Counted from the stretch's first letter, positions 20,953 to 30,608 are shown. The stretch: DNA of 64,000 bases from Gemmatimonadales bacterium (GCA_037189525.1 JBBCJC010000005.1:128001-192000); one strand, 5' to 3'. Notes: a model not told the origin generated them from the sequence alone. Translations and numbers: made by a program.

Positions 20953-21398
20953 CGAATCACCATCTTCGTGGTCACCTCTCGCACGAACGGCTGGAGGATC
21001 CATCTCACCGTCACCTCATACTCACCCGGGGGCGCGTTGGCCGTCAAATGCGACGGGAATTCGCGCGAGCCCTGGGCAGGAACCGGAAAGGACGTGATCG
21101 CCGCCGTACATACATTGGTGGTCCCAGGGGTCATCGGCGTGTAGTCGACCCCCTTGCGAACGACCCGCACGCCGTACGCACATCCACTTCCACTCGAATA
21201 ATTGGCCAGATTGTCCGATCGGTTCTGGATCAAAGCCCGAACCGTGAGCTGCTGGCCACGTTCGACGACCGCAGGATCGAGCGACACGCTGACGGCGCGA
21301 TCGCCTTCATCGTAAGATTCCGGCGCGACCGTGCCGCACCCGGCAATCAGGCCGATGGCTGCGATTCCTCTCAGTATGAAACCGGCGGATTGGCGCAT
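20949..21398 (-). CDS. Small Ig-like-fold lipoprotein (two-Cys family), paralog 1
   Basis: Lipobox IAGC; LDPAVVERGQQLTVRALIQNRS...GC...VCTA...PPGEYEV. Confidence 0.8.
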   Translation of the reverse strand: MRQSAGFILRGIAAIGLIAGCGTVAPESYDEGDRAVSVSLDPAVVERGQQLTVRALIQNRSDNLANYSSGSGCAYGVRVVRKGVDYTPMTPGTTNVCTAAITSFPVPAQGSREFPSHLTANAPPGEYEVTVRWILQPFVREVTTKMVIR

Positions 21399-21472
21399 GG
21401 TCGACCTCCTTAATCTGTCAGACAATCGATGATTCGGAGGCCGATCCCGCTACCTGCGCTATGTTACCTGCG

Positions 21473-22933
21473 CTATTGTCGCGCGGCGGCCTCCGCCGTT
21501 TGCAACAACCGATCCAGCATCGAACGTTCGAGCAGTTGCCCCCGCACCACGACCGTCTCGATCGTCCGGGTATTGCCGATATCCGCCAGCGGGTCGAGCC
21601 GCAGCAGTACCAGGTCGGCAATCTTCCCCTCCGCCACGGTGCCGCTCTCCGGCCGGCCCGCTGCCTCCGCAGCATTACGCGTGGCGGCCTGAATGGCCTG
21701 GAGCGGCGTCAGTCCGATGTCGACCAGCACCTGCAGTTCCCGATGCAGGCTGAATCCGGGTACCAATGGCGGCACTGGTACATCGGTGCCTGCGACGAAC
21801 TTGGCTCCCGCCCGCGCCAGCGGCGTAAACGACGAGATGAGCACCTTCCAGCGCGCCTGCTCCGCCTCGACTACGGCCCTGGCCGCGAGCGCCGTCGCCG
21901 GGAGACGACCACCCGAGGCATAGCGGAGTTCCGGCAGCGCGCGCAGCACCGGGTCGTTTGGTCTATACCTGTTTTCCATGACCACGAACGTCGGGTCGAA
22001 CCAGACATCCTTGCGCGCCGCGTACTCCGCAAACTCCCGGGCGGCCACCGTGTCAGTGACCGCAATGGCTGAATCGATGGCTGCGATCTTGAGAGCAAAG
22101 ACACGCTCCACCAGCTCCCGCCCTGACTCGGCGGTTGCCCGGACCTCGGCGGCCGCCGCCTGGAAGGCCGAGCGGATCGCGGCGGCCTGCGCGCCATTCT
22201 CGAAGGCCAGGCCGAACGAATGCTCGATGGTCCGCTGCCCCGAATCGATGGCCTCCCTCGCCGTGACCTCGTCGGGAATGTGGCCGGCGACGGCCAAGCC
22301 ATGCTTGCGCGCCTGGCGCAGCACCGCAAAGTATGGCTCTCGCGGGAGCAGCGAATGGACCTTGATGACGTCGACCCCGGCCGCCGCGAGCGAATCGACC
22401 ACTCGCTCCGCATCTCCCGCAGTAGTGAGCCCCACTCGGCCGTTAGGCGCCATCTCGAGGACCTTCGGATCGTCGAGGATCGGCCCCGCCATCATGATGG
22501 TCGGGCCAAGCACTCGGCCGGCCCGCACCTCCTGGCGCCAATAACCGATCTGCTGCAGGTCGGTGCCGACATCGCGAACAGTGGTAACACCGTTGGCCAG
22601 GTAGAGCGGAAAGCCCAACTCCCGATAGCCGCCCTGATGGGTATGCATATCCCAGAGCCCGGGAATGACATACATCCCCCGCCCGTCGATGCGCAGCGTC
22701 ACGGAGTCGGAGGCAAACGCCCCCATCGGTCGGATGGCCACGATGCGATCGCCATCGATGGCAATCGACATCCCCGGCACCGCGCCACGATCGGTGCCGT
22801 CGATCAGGACGACGTCCTCGATCAGCATCGAGATGCGGAGCGGTGTATCCTGGCACCCGACAAGACCAATCAGCATGGCGAGACCCAGCAGACTGGACCA
22901 TAGCGAGCGGCGGTAACGACGCATCTGTCTCAT
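21473..22933 (-). CDS. Amidohydrolase family lipoprotein
   Basis: Lipobox LVGC; PGLWDMHTH, NGVTTVRD, GHIP, IEH, AGTD, GKIADLVLL; exact start uncertain (22924-22966). Confidence 0.9.
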   Translation of the reverse strand: MRQMRRYRRSLWSSLLGLAMLIGLVGCQDTPLRISMLIEDVVLIDGTDRGAVPGMSIAIDGDRIVAIRPMGAFASDSVTLRIDGRGMYVIPGLWDMHTHQGGYRELGFPLYLANGVTTVRDVGTDLQQIGYWRQEVRAGRVLGPTIMMAGPILDDPKVLEMAPNGRVGLTTAGDAERVVDSLAAAGVDVIKVHSLLPREPYFAVLRQARKHGLAVAGHIPDEVTAREAIDSGQRTIEHSFGLAFENGAQAAAIRSAFQAAAAEVRATAESGRELVERVFALKIAAIDSAIAVTDTVAAREFAEYAARKDVWFDPTFVVMENRYRPNDPVLRALPELRYASGGRLPATALAARAVVEAEQARWKVLISSFTPLARAGAKFVAGTDVPVPPLVPGFSLHRELQVLVDIGLTPLQAIQAATRNAAEAAGRPESGTVAEGKIADLVLLRLDPLADIGNTRTIETVVVRGQLLERSMLDRLLQTAEAAARQ

Positions 22934-23035
22934 ACCATTCGGTTCAAATGAAGTGAAACGCCGCACCAGCAGCAGCTGGCGCGGCGGTATTCGCTGGCAG
23001 CATCGCCAGCAAGTTAACTCACCACAGAGGCGGCC

Positions 23036-23980
23036 TCAGGCAAACGGCGCAGAGGCCTCGTCGAGCGCCGCGATCTCATCGGCCGAGAGGGCGAGCTCCG
23101 GCACAGCCAGCAACTCACGAAGTTGCGTCGGGCTGGTTGCGCTGGCCAGAGGGGCGGTGACGGTCGGTTTGGCAAGTACCCACGCCAACGCGACGGTCGC
23201 GACTGCAACGCGGTGACTCGACGCGATGGCGCGAAGCCGGTCGACGACGGCCAGACCGTCGGCATTGAGATACGGCGAGACCCCACCCGCCCGCGCCGCG
23301 CCCTCGAGGTCCGCCGCGGTACGGTACTTACCCGTCAGGAAGCCGCTCGCCAGCGCGAAGTACGGGAACACCGACAAACCGTGGCGCTGGGCCAACGGCG
23401 CGAAGATCTCCTCATAGCTCTTCCGGCTCACCAGGCTGTACTGCGGCTGCAGCGCAACCGGCTGCGCCAGGCCCTGCGATGCGGCCAGCCCGACCCACTC
23501 CTCGATCCGCTCCGGCGCGAGATTGGAGATCCCGACATAGCGGACCTTTCCCGCCTCCACCAGGCGGTCGAAGGCTCCGGCAATGTCTGCGACGGGAATA
23601 TCCGGATCATCGTGGTGCGCATAGTAGAGGTCGATGTAATCGCTCTGGAGACGCCGCAACGACGCATCGGCCGCGCGGGCAACCGTCTTCGGTGCGAGCC
23701 CCTTGAGCTCGGGAAGCCCACCGACCTTGGTCGCCATGACGATGGCGTTCCGATTGCCGCGACGGCGCATCCAGTCGCCCAGGATCGTTTCCGATTCCCC
23801 GCCGACGTTACCCGGCACCCAGATCGAGTAGGAATCCGCGGTATCGATGAAGTTGCCACCGCCAGCTACGAAGGCGTCCAGAACGACGTCGGCGCCGGCC
23901 CTGTCGACCGTCATGCCGAAAACGTTGCCGCCCAGACCCATGGGGAAGATGTCCAACTCGGAATTACCAATGCGTGCCAT
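23036..23980 (-). CDS. Aldo/keto reductase
   Basis: LGGNVFG, FIDTADSY, ATKVG, SLRRLQSDYIDLYYAH. Confidence 0.95.
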   Translation of the reverse strand: MARIGNSELDIFPMGLGGNVFGMTVDRAGADVVLDAFVAGGGNFIDTADSYSIWVPGNVGGESETILGDWMRRRGNRNAIVMATKVGGLPELKGLAPKTVARAADASLRRLQSDYIDLYYAHHDDPDIPVADIAGAFDRLVEAGKVRYVGISNLAPERIEEWVGLAASQGLAQPVALQPQYSLVSRKSYEEIFAPLAQRHGLSVFPYFALASGFLTGKYRTAADLEGAARAGGVSPYLNADGLAVVDRLRAIASSHRVAVATVALAWVLAKPTVTAPLASATSPTQLRELLAVPELALSADEIAALDEASAPFA

Positions 23981-23988
23981 CGTACCCT

Positions 23989-25038
23989 CTATACCGTGGA
24001 TGCCACTTGGCCCGCCCGATCACCCGTCGTGATCAGACCGGTCAGGAGTTCGTAGGAGTGAAGCCGAGCGGGAAACTCTGTGATCAAGTCCTGGATGATG
24101 AACTCGTCGACGGCCAGATCCGCCCCCAGTTGCTCGAGTTGCTCACCAACCTGCTCGATGGTCCCACCGATGAAGCGGGGCGGAACACCACTACCGGGCT
24201 GATAGCGCTCGAGGGCGGGCGCGCCGCCCAACTGCGCGACGGCAGCATCCGGCCCAGGAAGCGGCGCCCGCAGGTTGCCCTGCCGCAGGTGCTGATACAT
24301 GACGTGAACCGGCGCCAACTGTCGCCGCGCCTCCGCCTCGCTGTCTGCGCAGACGACGTGTACCGCCAGCCGCACGTCGGGACTGGTAACTCGCGTGATA
24401 CCCGTCGCCGGCGTAAAGTCCCGCCGGTATGATCCGATCAGATTCGGCACGCCCTGCTGGTTGATGAACCCGGCCACCACGTAGCGCAGGCCGAGCCGGG
24501 CCGCCGCAGCTGCGCTCCAAGTGCTCGAGCCGAGCAGGTGGAGTTCGGGCAGGGCGTCGATGGTATCGAGCGGATTACGCGCAAAGGGATGATTCGGGGG
24601 AAAACCGTGTTCGAGCCAGGCCACCAGCTCGTCGATCTGCTGATCGGAGTCCGCGCGATAGGGACGGCTCCGGTCCTGCTGCAGCGCGAAGTCGGTGATC
24701 GGTCCGGTGGTGGCCCGCCCGGCGCCCAGATCGATTCGCCCGGGAAAGAGTTCGTTCAGGGTGCAGAACACCTCGGCGACCTTGAACGCGCTGTAGTGAT
24801 TGAGCAGCACCGAACCCGAGCCGAGCCGGATCCGCGAGGTCTGCGCGGCAATCGCTGCGATCAGCACCTCGGGCGCTCGGCCCGCTACGGACGGAGCGCC
24901 ATGATGCTCCGCGACCCAGTAGCGATGATAGCCCCACTGATCGGCAGCGCGGGCAAGTTCGAGGCTGTGCTGCAGCGCGACGTCCCGCGTTTCGTCTTCC
25001 CGAACCACCGAGATGTCGACGATCGACAGCCGCGTCAT
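23989..25038 (-). CDS. LLM-class flavin-dependent oxidoreductase (luciferase-like)
   Basis: GYHRYWVAEHHG, TSRIRLGSG, FPGRIDLGAGRA, LLGSS; ATG 25038 overlaps the upstream stop. Confidence 0.92.
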   Translation of the reverse strand: MTRLSIVDISVVREDETRDVALQHSLELARAADQWGYHRYWVAEHHGAPSVAGRAPEVLIAAIAAQTSRIRLGSGSVLLNHYSAFKVAEVFCTLNELFPGRIDLGAGRATTGPITDFALQQDRSRPYRADSDQQIDELVAWLEHGFPPNHPFARNPLDTIDALPELHLLGSSTWSAAAAARLGLRYVVAGFINQQGVPNLIGSYRRDFTPATGITRVTSPDVRLAVHVVCADSEAEARRQLAPVHVMYQHLRQGNLRAPLPGPDAAVAQLGGAPALERYQPGSGVPPRFIGGTIEQVGEQLEQLGADLAVDEFIIQDLITEFPARLHSYELLTGLITTGDRAGQVASTV

Positions 25039-25733
25039 CGGACAGGCGGCGGATCGATGGCGCAACCGTCGTCGTCGCACTGGTCGCCCTGATCCTTCCG
25101 AGCCGGCGACTCGGCAACCTGCTGGAGCGCTTCGAGGAACACGTCCGTCGGTTGCGCACCTTCCAGGGCCCACTGATCGTCGAAGACGAAGGTCGGCACC
25201 GCGCGCACCCCGACCGCCCGCGCCTGACCGAACTCCGCGTCGAGTTCGGCGGCCCCTTCATCGGATGTGAGATAGCCGGCGACTCGGTCCCGATCCATTC
25301 CCACCGCGACGGCCTGCTCGGTCAGCAGCGCCGGGTCCGCGATATTGCCGCCCCGGGTAAAGTGCTGGTCGAAGAGCCGCTCCATCAGCGCTCGCTGCAC
25401 CGCCGGTCCGTACTCCCGCTCCGCCAGGCGCAGCAGACGATGCGCGGTTCGCGTGTTCACGGCAAGCGCAATCGTCCAGTCGATGGCGATACCTTCCCGC
25501 TCCGCTGCCGCCGACACGTTGCTCAGCATCCCGCGCGCCCGATCGCCGTAGCGGCCCTCGAGATAACGGGTCAGCGGAACCGCCTCGCGCGGCGCGGCGG
25601 GATCGAGCTGATAGGGGCGGAAGACGACGTCGACCTCATCTGCCGACGGCAAAGCGGCCAGCGCTTTGGCAAAGCGCCGCTCACCGATATAGCACCACGG
25701 ACACACGATGTCCGAATAAATCTCGACCTTCAT
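25035..25733 (-). CDS. DsbA family (FrnE-like) oxidoreductase
   Basis: SDIVCPWCYIG, GVRAVPTF, GAQP. Confidence 0.93.
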   Translation of the reverse strand: MKVEIYSDIVCPWCYIGERRFAKALAALPSADEVDVVFRPYQLDPAAPREAVPLTRYLEGRYGDRARGMLSNVSAAAEREGIAIDWTIALAVNTRTAHRLLRLAEREYGPAVQRALMERLFDQHFTRGGNIADPALLTEQAVAVGMDRDRVAGYLTSDEGAAELDAEFGQARAVGVRAVPTFVFDDQWALEGAQPTDVFLEALQQVAESPARKDQGDQCDDDGCAIDPPPVR

Positions 25734-25745
25734 ATCTCTCCTCGA

Positions 25746-25798
25746 TCATCGGTCGGTTCGCTGCCGATACAGCAACCGATTGTCGACCGATGAACCAT
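25746..25798. promoter_or_regulatory. Inverted repeat/hairpin upstream of the DsbA gene, including GATGAACCAT
   Basis: TCATCGGTCG (25746-55) pairs with CGACCGATGA (25784-93); GATGAACCAT is also at 26260-69. Confidence 0.45.
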
Positions 25799-25811
25799 TG
25801 CCGTAAAAAAA

Positions 25812-26258
25812 TCAGAACGCCTTGAGCACCCGGAGCAACACGTCGCGCTCGGCCTCGGGGATCGTCGCGTCGAAACTGGCCTCGACCTGGCGCAATCGTT
25901 CGGCGCCTTCTCCGTGCCGAGCCAGGCCATCTGGCGTGATGACGACGCGGGTGGATCGCCGATCGTCGGGATCGGGCTCGCGGCGCACCAGACCATCCGC
26001 CTCGAGCCGATCGACCAGCTGCGTCATATTGGATCGGACACAACTCAGCCGCGCCGCCAGCTCACTCAGCGCCAGCGGCGACTCGGCGCGCACCAGTTCG
26101 TTCAACACCCCGTACCGGGCGAGCGAAAGCCCCACCTCACCAAAGGTGTCCTCCAAGCGGGCCTCGACCGACTGCATGGCGTAGAGCAGCGAGAACATCA
26201 CCGAGCAGCTCGGGGCGCCCGATTCAGTCGTTTCGCGGGGTGGACCAACATTGTTCAT
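25812..26258 (-). CDS. MarR family transcriptional regulator
   Basis: LSELAARLSCVRSNMTQLVDRLEADGLVRR...DDRRS winged-helix motif. Confidence 0.93.
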   Translation of the reverse strand: MNNVGPPRETTESGAPSCSVMFSLLYAMQSVEARLEDTFGEVGLSLARYGVLNELVRAESPLALSELAARLSCVRSNMTQLVDRLEADGLVRREPDPDDRRSTRVVITPDGLARHGEGAERLRQVEASFDATIPEAERDVLLRVLKAF

Positions 26259-26286
26259 AGATGAACCATAGTAGACGAACCTATGG
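26253..26286. promoter_or_regulatory. Candidate MarR operator
   Basis: GTTCAT-AG-ATGAAC palindrome, CCATAG...CTATGG inverted repeat and TAGAYGAAC direct repeats at the marR start. Confidence 0.5.
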
Positions 26287-26346
26287 CATGCAACGAAGCC
26301 GCCTTTTGCGCCACGACCCTCGAGCGGGCCGTGGCGCAGGGAGGCG

Positions 26347-27789
26347 TCAGGGTGTGGACGCGACCGGGAACCGGTTGGAGGTGTACATGGACATCCGATC
26401 TGCCGCGGGCGGGTCGAGATTGGCCAGGGCCGCGACCACCCAGCCCGTGTCCCGGAAGATTTCGAGATCGCCGTTCATGCCGGGTGCGCCGCCCCCATGG
26501 CCGACGGCGCGCTGGCCGTTGACCGTCTTCTCGACGAATCCGTAGGCGTAACGCCCGCCAAGCGCATCGACTTTGCCGGTCAGCAACAGATCGGTGTGCT
26601 TGGCATCGAGCAGCTTGTGGCCGGTGATTGCATTGGCGAAGCGCACCAGGTCGCCGACGGTGGTATAGCCGCCGCCAGCTGCGGTGCCCCGCCAGGGTAG
26701 CGTTTCCGTGTTGGGCTTCCAATCGCCGTCCTCGCCGCGCAGGTAGCCGGTGGCGCGCCCCTCGACGGCTTCGCTCTCGGGCTCCAGCCCGGTCCGGGTC
26801 ATCCCGATCGGGAGGAAGACATGGTCGCGGACATAGTCGTAATAGCTCTGCCCGGACACGCGCTCGATGATGATGCCCGCCAGGACGAAGCCGTAGTTGC
26901 TGTACTGGAAGCGCGCGCCAGGTTCGTAAAGCAGGTCGCGAGCGCCGTAGAGTTTGAGATAGTCGTCGTGAGTGCGCAGCGTGCTCCGGTTGGCCATGAA
27001 CTGCGGCCCGAAAATGTCGCCCGTGCCGCCGGTGTGAGTCAGCAGGTGATGGACGGTGACTTTGGTCGCGACGTTCTGATTGGGATAGTCCTTGATATAG
27101 GTCCCGATCGGCGCATCGAGCTTCACCTTCCCTGCCTGCACCAGCTGTATCACCGCAACGGCGGTAAACATCTTGTTCATCGACCCGTTTCGGAATCGGG
27201 TTTCCAGAGTATTGCGGGTCTGCTTGGCACGATCGGCCATGCCCCATGCGCCGGAGACGGCCTCCTTGCCGTTATGCGTTGCCAGCACCGCCCCGGCAAA
27301 TCGATCGGCGGCGGCGCGCCGGTCTCCCTCGGCCTCGACTTCCTTCGCCAGGTCGGCAGTGCTGCCCACCCGCACAATCGGTGTCTCGAGCGGAATACCG
27401 GGCTGCAGCTGCATGCTGGTCAGGCGATGCGGAGCTGCCGCCTCGACCTCGACCGTGACGCGGACCAGCGAGGCGTCGTTGTCTCGCTCCTGCAGCAGGG
27501 CGACCGCGCGGGTCGGAGTCGACTCGGTCAGGCGGATGAAAGTGAACCCGCCGGTCCGCTCGCGGAAGCGCATTTCCTGGCCGGCGACGGCTGCGCGCGA
27601 CGGATAGTTCTCCTTGAGGAAAGCTTCGTGCGCCGAGCGGTTGTTGGCGTTGAAGCTCTCGAGCCAGCGGGTGAGTTGGCGGGAGGCGGGCGTTTCCTGC
27701 TGGGCAACCGCGGGGACAACGATCGCCGTGAGGGCGACGAGGGCGAGGGCGACGAGGCGCCGAAACGGATTGGTCATGTTGGAGAACAT
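26347..27789 (-). CDS. Serine hydrolase (beta-lactamase/class C-like), exported
   Basis: SMNK (SxxK), YSN, HGG motifs; signal peptide. Confidence 0.92.
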   Translation of the reverse strand: MFSNMTNPFRRLVALALVALTAIVVPAVAQQETPASRQLTRWLESFNANNRSAHEAFLKENYPSRAAVAGQEMRFRERTGGFTFIRLTESTPTRAVALLQERDNDASLVRVTVEVEAAAPHRLTSMQLQPGIPLETPIVRVGSTADLAKEVEAEGDRRAAADRFAGAVLATHNGKEAVSGAWGMADRAKQTRNTLETRFRNGSMNKMFTAVAVIQLVQAGKVKLDAPIGTYIKDYPNQNVATKVTVHHLLTHTGGTGDIFGPQFMANRSTLRTHDDYLKLYGARDLLYEPGARFQYSNYGFVLAGIIIERVSGQSYYDYVRDHVFLPIGMTRTGLEPESEAVEGRATGYLRGEDGDWKPNTETLPWRGTAAGGGYTTVGDLVRFANAITGHKLLDAKHTDLLLTGKVDALGGRYAYGFVEKTVNGQRAVGHGGGAPGMNGDLEIFRDTGWVVAALANLDPPAADRMSMYTSNRFPVASTP

Positions 27790-27837
27790 ATCGCCCGGCC
27801 CACCAGGACGTCTTGAACGCCAGCAAGCCGGCGGGAT

Positions 27838-28647
27838 TCAGGCCGAGCGGCGGGCGAGCGAAGCGCGGTAGGCGCCGGGCGTCATGCCGGTGTAGCGCTT
27901 GAAGGCGCGCGTCAGATGGCTCTGATCGGCAAAGCCGACCGCCAGGGCGACCTCCGCGAGCGGGCGATCCAGATCGACCAGCACGCGCCGAGCCTGGGCC
28001 ACGCGGCGACGCCGGGCGTAGTCGCCGACGGAGCAGCCGTAGCAGCGACGGAAGACGGCGGCAAAGTGGACCGGGTGGACGCCGGCCATGGAGGCCAGAT
28101 CGCGGAGCGACGGCGCCGCCGTTGAGGTGCTGTCGAACAGGTCGGGCGCGTCCGCAAGCCAGCCGGGGCGGCGGAGACACTCGGTCAGCGGGAGCCGGCA
28201 GAGTCCCGCCGCGACCTCGGCGGTGAGGGCATCGACGGTCAGCGGATCGCTCCCCTGCTCCACCGCGGCAGCGAGCCGGGTTCCGGCCTCGGCGACCGGA
28301 CCGCCGCGGGTTTCGGACGGAGTGTCGGTGGCAAAACCGTGTTCGAGCATCCAACCGAGCCAGGCGGGCCCGGGCTCTAAATTGAGGGCGCGGACCGGCC
28401 GCTCGAGGGTGATGGCGTGCCGCATACCCGGCGGATGCCACGCGACGGAGAGCGGCTCGCAGACCCGTTGCCGCCGGCCGAACCGCTCGGTGTAGCGGCC
28501 GCGGTGGATCAGGCAGAGATAGGGTCGTTCGTGGGCGTGCGCGGGGGCGCCGGCGGTATACCGGATGTCGGTCAGCCGGAGGTCCGGGGTGACGTAGGTT
28601 CGGGATGGTACACCGAGGAAACGCCCCGGCGGGAGGGCCGCGCGCAT
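27838..28647 (-). CDS. AraC family transcriptional regulator
   Basis: Cupin-like HAHE N-domain; GVHPVHF, GFADQSHLTRAFKRYTGMTPGAYR. Confidence 0.92.
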   Translation of the reverse strand: MRAALPPGRFLGVPSRTYVTPDLRLTDIRYTAGAPAHAHERPYLCLIHRGRYTERFGRRQRVCEPLSVAWHPPGMRHAITLERPVRALNLEPGPAWLGWMLEHGFATDTPSETRGGPVAEAGTRLAAAVEQGSDPLTVDALTAEVAAGLCRLPLTECLRRPGWLADAPDLFDSTSTAAPSLRDLASMAGVHPVHFAAVFRRCYGCSVGDYARRRRVAQARRVLVDLDRPLAEVALAVGFADQSHLTRAFKRYTGMTPGAYRASLARRSA

Positions 28648-29153
28648 AACCGTAAGATGCACTGGATGGGCCCAGGGTTGCGGCTGCACGTCCAGGGGAT
28701 CAGCGGTCCCGCTTCGCGCACGGGCGGCGAATGGCCTGGCATTGTCACCGATTGAGATGGAAAATACCGCCGATCGACGCGGAGATGGCACTGACACAGG
28801 TGGACAAGTCACCGGTCGGCACGGAGGTGACCCTAAACGCAGGCGAGCATGCTATCGAATGGTGCGGAGATGCCGATCGGCATTGGGACCTGATGAGAAT
28901 CAACGGTCGAGCGGCAAGTATTCTATGGGCTTGGGCTGATGACCAGGACGTTTATAGTGGCTACCATTCGGAGCGGATTTCGAACCCGACGACTGTCCTG
29001 ATCAGCGGCACGCTGGGCTGATCGGCCACGCAGGTTCGTGGTTTGCGACGCTGATTCGACTGTCGGGCCCAGCCGCCTAAGCGACAGCCAACAGGATTTG
29101 GCGGCGCGGGGCGGTATTATTCTGGTACGGCTCCTCTTACAAGCTATACATGA

Positions 29154-29160
29154 GTTAGAC
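29154..29160 (+). mobile_element. Integron core site (GTTRRRY) opening a gene cassette
   Basis: GTTAGAC is the exact reverse complement of the inverse core GTCTAAC that ends the next ORF. Confidence 0.65.
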
Positions 29161-29180
29161 CGCAGTCCGAACATCTTTCT

Positions 29181-29852
29181 ATGATCCGAAGCTGGCGTCG
29201 CGTAGCAGAAGCCCTTCTTCCGGAACTTGTCCAGGGCAAGCGAACGCGCACCTTGTCCGAGTTCTTCTTTGACCTCGTACTCGCCGTCCGGGCAGCCGGG
29301 CCCGAGTCCGATCTGTTCCTGCGTGCGAATGCCTTTGCCGCGTACAGCTTACATCCCGACCGGCATCGCTCGGTCCGACGGACCCTCATCACGGATTACG
29401 TGCGGCATCTCGCGGCAGATCCGAACCTCCGCCTCGCCCTGGCAGCCTACTTTCTCAACGACGCCCATCGACTCAGCCCCGCGCTGCAGCCCGTTCTACC
29501 GAGCGAGGAGTTGGCCCTTTGGGAAGCGGCGCTCGCCGCGGCGGGGCCGCCTCGAGCTCAATGGTCTCGGGCCGATCTTGAGGCGATCGCGGCTCATGCG
29601 AGCGCGCATGAGCCTCGGGTTCAAGCGAGCCTGGTGGTGGGCTGCTACCATTGCGTAGACGTGCTTTCGCCTGCCCGCATCACGGAATGGATTCCATCCC
29701 TACAGGCTGGGGTACCGCGGACGGCGCTCTGCCCCCAATGTGGGATTGATGCCATTCTGCCGGACGATGTTCCCGGTGCAGCGCTTACAAAGCCACTCCT
29801 CGCTGCGATGGAGGCCTATTGGTTTGGGGATCTGGGTACGACTGCGGTCTAA
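29181..29852 (+). CDS. Cassette-borne hypothetical protein with C-terminal CxxC...CxxC zinc-finger-like domain
   Basis: GCYHC...TALCPQCGIDAIL...YWF; stop codon lies inside the attC R'' box. Confidence 0.8.
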   Translation: MIRSWRRVAEALLPELVQGKRTRTLSEFFFDLVLAVRAAGPESDLFLRANAFAAYSLHPDRHRSVRRTLITDYVRHLAADPNLRLALAAYFLNDAHRLSPALQPVLPSEELALWEAALAAAGPPRAQWSRADLEAIAAHASAHEPRVQASLVVGCYHCVDVLSPARITEWIPSLQAGVPRTALCPQCGIDAILPDDVPGAALTKPLLAAMEAYWFGDLGTTAV

Positions 29853-29987
29853 CAAGGTGTTGCAGCGGGCAGGCACGGCGGGGTGCCGGTTTGCGGAGTC
29901 GCGGCCGCGCCCTCATGTTAGTGGGAGGCCGGCGCGGCCGGTCGGCTCCGTGAGCACGCCTGCCGCTGAACACCAAAGTCGTTAGGC
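29847..29987 (+). mobile_element. Integron attC recombination site (141 bp)
   Basis: R'' GTCTAAC, R' GTTAGGC; GGTGTTgCAGCGgGCAGGC pairs with GCCTGCCGCTGAACACC leaving two extrahelical bases; inner GCGGCCGCGCC/GGCGCGGCCG stem. Confidence 0.9.
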
Positions 29988-29999
29988 AGCATTGCCAGC

Positions 30000-30374
30000 A
30001 TGGAATCAACTCGTCGAATGCCGGTGCCGTTCAACCGGAAGACTCGCCAACCCGGGCGCGGGCACTTGGTGCCGAAGCTGACCGCAACCACTGGCGGCGG
30101 TTTCCTCCGTCTGCCCGGGCTACGGCCCGTCGAATACAGCATGATCGGCTTCCTCGGGCCGGCCGTTACGACGGGCGATGTCCTTGAGCGGTGGGAAGAA
30201 TCCGCACCACTTCCGGTCCCCCGGGCTGCAGCCGAAGCCGCGATCGACGAGTACCTCCGGCAGATCCAGGGGTTCAAAGTCGGGATGATTGTCGAGATCA
30301 GCTATGGTCCTGGCGGATTCCTGCTGACAATGGTGGCGCGGACGCCGCATTCGGAGGATCGTCCATTGCCATAA
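30000..30374 (+). CDS. Cassette-type hypothetical protein (start 30000 or 30018)
   Basis: Begins 13-31 bp after the attC R' box, leaving no room for a promoter; no recognised domain. Confidence 0.6.
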   Translation: MESTRRMPVPFNRKTRQPGRGHLVPKLTATTGGGFLRLPGLRPVEYSMIGFLGPAVTTGDVLERWEESAPLPVPRAAAEAAIDEYLRQIQGFKVGMIVEISYGPGGFLLTMVARTPHSEDRPLP

Positions 30375-30608
30375 GTGCGGACTCGAGGTAGTCACCGCCC
30401 TCTGACGCAGACGCTTGGTTCGGAGTGGGGGATTTGCAGCGGACAGCCGGACAAGTCTCCTCTGACGGAGCCGAGCGACCACGACTCGACTTTTGAACGT
30501 TATCGCCGATCTGCACGTCTAAATCCTGTCGTCAAGACGATTCCATCGGGCTCGTTAGCCGGCCTACGTCGGTCGCGTTCACATTCTCCCCCTCGAGGGG
30601 CAACCATC

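Noticed and set aside
28731..29021. Short plus-strand ORF before the first cassette, and a possible attI at 29040-29160
   Set aside because: No recognisable domain or clear start; attI cannot be identified without an adjacent intI
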